From Kiritimatiellia bacterium (GTDB taxonomy: Bacteria; Verrucomicrobiota; Kiritimatiellia; JAAZAB01), in contig JAXGPF010000004.1 of NCBI GenBank assembly GCA_040767085.1, positions 166,756-230,755 of the forward strand: DNA of 64,000 bases. Direction: 5' to 3'. The position numbers and the translations under genes are program-made. Positions 59,881 through 64,000 of the stretch are shown in pieces. Position 1 is the first letter of the stretch. Each line of letters opens with the position of its first letter. A model generated the notes under the pieces. That model saw only the letters and a list, made by a program, of their open reading frames with translations. It searched no databases and was not told the origin of the DNA.

Positions 59881-60762
59881 TTATCCCCGATGGCCGACAG
59901 ACTGATGAATCGCGCGGATATTTTTCAGATATGCCAGGCTCTGCGGCACGCCGACTTCTTCGGAAGCCATCGCCGCCGCTTCGTATTCCAAAGAACAATA
60001 CCCGCCGTATCGATCGTTTTCGAGCAGCGCCGCAAACTGGCGCAGCGGCACGTCGCCGCGGCCGGCGACATAGGCCTGGCGCCGGTTGCGGTTGCCGGGC
60101 AGCGCCGGCCCGCTGTCCTTGACGTGCACATGCGCGATCCGGCCGCGCAGGTTGGCATAGGCGTGCAGAGGATTTTCCGGCTCGTCCATGTTGGCGCCCA
60201 TGAAATTGGCGCAATCGAACGTGCACTGCAGAAAACGGGAATTGAATTGATCCAGGAGCATCCGGACTTCATAGGAATGGCCCGGCAGCCGCCCATGATT
60301 CTCCAGCGCCAGCACCACCCCGCGCCGCTCGGCATCGGGGAGGCACGCCTCGATCCCGCGCGCGATCAGCGGCAGACCGGCGTGGGTTTGCATGCCGGGC
60401 TCCCCCCCGTTGTCCTCGTGATGGCCGCCGAAAATCCGCAGCACGGGCGCGCCCAGTTCCGCCGCCTCATTCAGGGCCGCTTTGACCACCGCCACCTGCG
60501 CCCGCCAGTCATCCTCGTTGAATTTGGCGAAATTATTGCCCGTGGCATAAGCTGCCAGCTTGATACCGGCTTGTTGCAACCAACCCGGCAGCGCCTTGGA
60601 CTCGCGCGCCTGGTCTTTCCAGAACCATGCGTAACATTGCGAGTCCAAAATATCCACTCCATCCGCGCCCAATTCCGCACAGTAATTGACAAAGCCTTCC
60701 GCATCCATTTTACCTGCACGCATAATCTTCGCCACACTGATCGGGGTGACTGATATTTTCAT
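59881..60762 (-). CDS. Sugar phosphate isomerase/epimerase (xylose isomerase-like TIM barrel)
   Basis: GADGVDI...LALENHGRL...HVHVKD are conserved patterns of this family. ATG at 60762. Confidence 0.65.
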   Translation of the reverse strand: MKISVTPISVAKIMRAGKMDAEGFVNYCAELGADGVDILDSQCYAWFWKDQARESKALPGWLQQAGIKLAAYATGNNFAKFNEDDWRAQVAVVKAALNEAAELGAPVLRIFGGHHEDNGGEPGMQTHAGLPLIARGIEACLPDAERRGVVLALENHGRLPGHSYEVRMLLDQFNSRFLQCTFDCANFMGANMDEPENPLHAYANLRGRIAHVHVKDSGPALPGNRNRRQAYVAGRGDVPLRQFAALLENDRYGGYCSLEYEAAAMASEEVGVPQSLAYLKNIRAIHQSVGHRG

Positions 60763-60857
60763 CGTAAATCCCTGCAACTTTCTCAGCGGAAATGCCGCAA
60801 CGCGCAAATACACTAAAATACTCTTTTTGCAAAATAACACACTCGCACGATATGTCA

Positions 60858-60874
60858 ATCCCGAATTTCATGCC
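60858..60874. repeat. 17-bp direct repeat atcccgaatttcatgcc flanking the IS (left copy)
   Basis: Identical 17-mer at 62260-62276; a candidate target-site duplication. Confidence 0.6.
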
Positions 60875-62259
60875 TGTCGTAAACAAATGACTTGGCCGCA
60901 TAATTAACAAATGATTTGTCCGCTTAAAGCTGTCAGGATGGTGCATTCAAAGGGGGGTTATATGGATGAATATCCGAAGGCAGCACTGGAGCGGGCAATG
61001 AAGGTACAGGAAGTGATCTTGCGTGCGATTGAAGGGCGGTTAATGTGGTGGGAGGCGGCGGAGATACTAGGTGTGAGCTACCGGACCATGCGGCGCTGGA
61101 AAGGGCGCTACGAGCGGTATGGTTACGACGGGCTGCTGGATCGTCGGCGGAAGATACCGGGGCCGCGGCGCGTGCCCCTTGCGACGGTGAAGCAGGTGCT
61201 GAGGTTGTACCGAGAAGAATACATGGATTTCAATGTGAGGCATTTTCACGAGAAGCTGCAGGCGGAGCATGGGATCGAGCTCAGTTATCAGTGGGTCAAG
61301 AGCGCCTTGCAGACGGCCGGGTTGGTGGCGAAGGCCCGGAAACGAGGGCCGCATCGGCAGCAGCGGGAACGGCGACCAATGGCGGGGATGATGTTGATGG
61401 TGGATGGCAGCACCCATGCCTGGTTGCCCCTGCTGGCGGGCCAGAAGCAGGATCTGATCCTGGTGATGGACGATGCCACCAGCGAAGTCTACACGGCCTA
61501 TCTTGTGCCCCAGGAAGGGACATTAACGGTGATGAAGGGGTTGAAAGAAGTCATTATTAAACATGGGGTTTTCTGCAGTCTGTACACGGATCGTGGCAGT
61601 CATTTCTTTTATACGCCCAAAGAAGGCGGGGCGGTGGACCGGCGTCAATTGACGCAAATTGGACGGGCGTTGCAACAGTTGGGGATCGAACATATTCCGA
61701 GCTATAGCCCCCAGGGACGTGGGCGAATAGAGCGGATGTTTAAGACCTGGCAAGGGCGCCTGCCGCAGGAATTAAGGCAGGCGGGAATCCGGACGATGGC
61801 CGAGGCCAACGTCTATATTCAACAACAGTTTCTGCCTTCCTTCAATCGCAACATGAAGGTGAAGGCGCGGGAAACAGGAACGTGTTTCGTGCCTTGCGGT
61901 GAGCAGGATTTGGACAGCATTTTCTGTGTGCAGCATGCGCGAGAGGTTCAAAATGACAATACCGTGGCTGTCGGGAGTCGCCGCTTGCAGATTGGACCAT
62001 CAAAATGGCGTTTCAGCTTCGCCAAGTGCCGGGTTAAAGTCTGCGAGCACCTCGATGGCACGGTGTCCATCCGTTATGGCCCGCATGTGGTTGGCCGCTA
62101 CCAAGGACCGTTGAACATTTCGGCGTCGCTGGAGGACGTCGCATAAACTTTTTCCTCCCCCGCGGGGGAGGAAAATCCTCACCCCAGGAGCAACAACACA
62201 CAATAACAAATCGGACAGATCACTTGTTACAAAAAGCGGACACTTGACTTGTTACGAAC
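60875..62259 (+). mobile_element. Insertion sequence (~1.39 kb), ISNCY-like, with ~50-bp imperfect terminal inverted repeats
   Basis: IRL tgtcgtaaacaaatgacttggccgcataattaacaaatgatttgtccgctt. The reverse complement of IRR (ending 62259) is gttcgtaacaagtcaagtgtccgctttttgtaacaagtgatctgtccgatt, about 70% identical. A single transposase ORF. GC (~55%) is lower than the host DNA. Confidence 0.65.
60962..62146 (+). CDS. DDE transposase (rve/integrase-core superfamily), ISNCY-family-like
   Basis: N-terminal HTH WEAAEILGVSYRTMRRWKGRYERYGYDGLLDRRR, then an integrase-core region with LVMDDATS...YTDRGSHFF. ATG at 60962. Confidence 0.7.
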   Translation: MDEYPKAALERAMKVQEVILRAIEGRLMWWEAAEILGVSYRTMRRWKGRYERYGYDGLLDRRRKIPGPRRVPLATVKQVLRLYREEYMDFNVRHFHEKLQAEHGIELSYQWVKSALQTAGLVAKARKRGPHRQQRERRPMAGMMLMVDGSTHAWLPLLAGQKQDLILVMDDATSEVYTAYLVPQEGTLTVMKGLKEVIIKHGVFCSLYTDRGSHFFYTPKEGGAVDRRQLTQIGRALQQLGIEHIPSYSPQGRGRIERMFKTWQGRLPQELRQAGIRTMAEANVYIQQQFLPSFNRNMKVKARETGTCFVPCGEQDLDSIFCVQHAREVQNDNTVAVGSRRLQIGPSKWRFSFAKCRVKVCEHLDGTVSIRYGPHVVGRYQGPLNISASLEDVA

Positions 62260-62276
62260 ATCCCGAATTTCATGCC
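62260..62276. repeat. 17-bp direct repeat atcccgaatttcatgcc flanking the IS (right copy); it contains the stop codon of the FAD oxidoreductase
   Basis: Exact copy of 60858-60874. Confidence 0.6.
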
Positions 62277-63802
62277 GTCACGCCTGGAATTGACCGGCGC
62301 CACTGCCCGCGGGAATCGGGAGTCCGGGCCGCGCCATCCGCGCTCCGCACCTGGCCGATGTCGCAGCCATTCCGAATCATGATGGTTTGCAATTCGACGC
62401 GGTCCACCCGGCGCGGGGGCACGTCCCTGGCCAGCGAAATGGCGGCAGCGGTTCCCGCCGCTTCGCCCATGTTCAGGCAGCACAGAACCAGGCGGCAGCC
62501 GGACTGCGCCATGAAATCCGCCGACAGGCAGCGGCCCGCGACCAGCAGATTTTCAACCTTTAACGGCACCAGGCAGCGGTAAGGAATATCGTACAGCGGG
62601 CTTTTGCATTTGATGGCGGCGCCTTTGTTGCCCCAGTAATCGCTCAAGGCCTCCTTGCCGCCGGGCGGCATCCAACTGGAGCCGTAACCGTTGGCGCCGC
62701 AGATGACATAACGGGTTTCGCCGTCAACTTCCATTTTGTCCCACTTGATATTTCCCACATCGTCCGGATTATGACAGTCATAACCATGTCCGCTGAGGCA
62801 GATGACGTCATCAAAACGCCGGCCGCTGGCCAGATCCCCGGTGGTCATCATGTATTCGCCCAACACCCGCCGGGATTCGCGCACGCCCAGCAAGGTCCCG
62901 GTGTCGATCAGCCAGGATTTCGCGAAACCCGGCACCTTGGCGCGGATGAATTTCCAGAGTATATCCGCCTGCTCGCGCCCTTCGAGGTACATGCGGGTAA
63001 GGTCGCGGCTTTCAAGCGGACGGCATTTGCGCGAATGCGCCATACAGATGCTAACTTCATCCATACCGCAGTGTTCCGGGCGGCCGGGCACATGCGTCAT
63101 CCAATTCAAATGGTTTTCGATTTGCGCGACTTTTGGCCAACCCTGCTCGGAGGCGCCTGCCACCAGCGCGGTCCAACGGGGATCGGTGCGTTTTAAATCA
63201 GAATTCAGATAGGCATCCCAGTCAACGCCGCCCAGCCGGAATTCGAGCGAACAGGCCTGCGCGATGCCGTCACCGGGACGGCCGGCCATGCATTCACAGC
63301 CGGCGAAGCTCGCGACATCCGCATCGCCGGAACAATCAATAATTCGCTGCCCCAGCACTGCCTGGCGTCCGGACTTGCTCTCAACCACCACGCCGGCGAC
63401 CGCCGGACCGCGCATGATCGCCTCAACGACGTGACTTACCAGCAGCAGGTCGCAACCGGACTCGATGACCATCCGGTCCAGCACCAGTTTGTGTTTTTCC
63501 GGATCGCTGTTACGGTGCCATTCGCCGTCAACATCCCGCAAGCGCTGCATCATGACGGCGCCGATGCCGGCGATGAAATCCAACGGAATATTGACCAAGC
63601 CGATGGTCGCCAGCCCGCCCAGCGACGATTCGCGCTCCAGCAAAAGCGTCTTGCACCCGGCCCGCGCGGCCGCAATCCCGGCGCCAATTCCCGCCATACC
63701 TCCGCCGACGACGATGACATCGTATTCTCCGATCAGCGGCAATTCCTTTCGCGGCTCGGCAATCATCCTGCCGCTGCGTTCCAGTTCAATCATGGCTGTC
63801 AT
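62270..63802 (-). CDS. FAD-dependent oxidoreductase (FAD_oxidored, GlpB/FixC-like family)
   Basis: YDVIVVGGGMAGIGAGIAAARAG is a GxGxxG dinucleotide-binding motif. Length about 510 aa. Confidence 0.7.
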   Translation of the reverse strand: MTAMIELERSGRMIAEPRKELPLIGEYDVIVVGGGMAGIGAGIAAARAGCKTLLLERESSLGGLATIGLVNIPLDFIAGIGAVMMQRLRDVDGEWHRNSDPEKHKLVLDRMVIESGCDLLLVSHVVEAIMRGPAVAGVVVESKSGRQAVLGQRIIDCSGDADVASFAGCECMAGRPGDGIAQACSLEFRLGGVDWDAYLNSDLKRTDPRWTALVAGASEQGWPKVAQIENHLNWMTHVPGRPEHCGMDEVSICMAHSRKCRPLESRDLTRMYLEGREQADILWKFIRAKVPGFAKSWLIDTGTLLGVRESRRVLGEYMMTTGDLASGRRFDDVICLSGHGYDCHNPDDVGNIKWDKMEVDGETRYVICGANGYGSSWMPPGGKEALSDYWGNKGAAIKCKSPLYDIPYRCLVPLKVENLLVAGRCLSADFMAQSGCRLVLCCLNMGEAAGTAAAISLARDVPPRRVDRVELQTIMIRNGCDIGQVRSADGAARTPDSRGQWRRSIPGVTA

Positions 63803-63989
63803 TTCCTTTCGTTTTTGCCCCGCCGGCGTCCGCTACCCGGACAATCGCCTCCGAAGCGCAATTTTCAAAACATACGCCGCAACCAACACAACGCGCCTGG
63901 TCAATCACCGCCCCCTGCGTTCCTAAAACGATCGCGCCGACCGGACATTCGTAAATACAGGTCGCGCAAAACGTGCACCCGCGTGTCAC
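63786..63989 (-). CDS. 2x[4Fe-4S] ferredoxin
   Basis: CTFCATCIYECP and CVGCGVCFENC clusters. Overlaps the start of the FAD oxidoreductase. Confidence 0.7.
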   Translation of the reverse strand: MTRGCTFCATCIYECPVGAIVLGTQGAVIDQARCVGCGVCFENCASEAIVRVADAGGAKTKGNDSHD

Positions 63990-64000
63990 CTGATACTTTT

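Noticed and set aside
62154-62171. Hairpin cctcccccgcgggggagg after the transposase stop, as a Rho-independent terminator
   Set aside because: No U-tract follows on either strand. Kept only as part of the IS description.

Overview
High-GC (~65-70%) bacterial chromosomal segment; lineage not determinable by eye, but Lol/LpxL genes indicate a didermic cell. Mostly housekeeping and envelope genes: a glycan-biosynthesis operon (secreted protein, SAM methyltransferase, GT2, divergent GT4), lpxL, an mcsA-mcsB-clpC arginine-kinase/Clp module, ilvE, lolCDE, lysS, ispD, gltA, rpmB, lemA plus an M48 peptidase, and a dcw cluster (mraZ to murD) that stops short of ftsW-ftsZ. The accessory parts are: tandem desulforedoxin-like small ORFs beside a DUF853 NTPase and a chagasin-like inhibitor; a heparinase II/III-like pseudogene remnant; a hybrid sensor kinase with a periplasmic SBP domain; and a ~15 kb co-directional minus-strand cluster of carbohydrate-active-like proteins (GH2, two GH42-like, beta-helix, HEAT/GH2-N fusion, double beta-propeller, TIM-barrel isomerase, FAD oxidoreductase plus ferredoxin). 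That cluster is interrupted by a lower-GC ISNCY-like IS element with a 17-bp target duplication. No rRNA, tRNA or CRISPR could be identified by eye. Many long ORFs in the supplied track are antisense artefacts of the high GC content. The track appears to translate alternative start codons as M: the ORF given as 22629..22916 begins on a GTG (its first codon is GTG at 22914-22916 on the minus strand) yet is shown starting with M.
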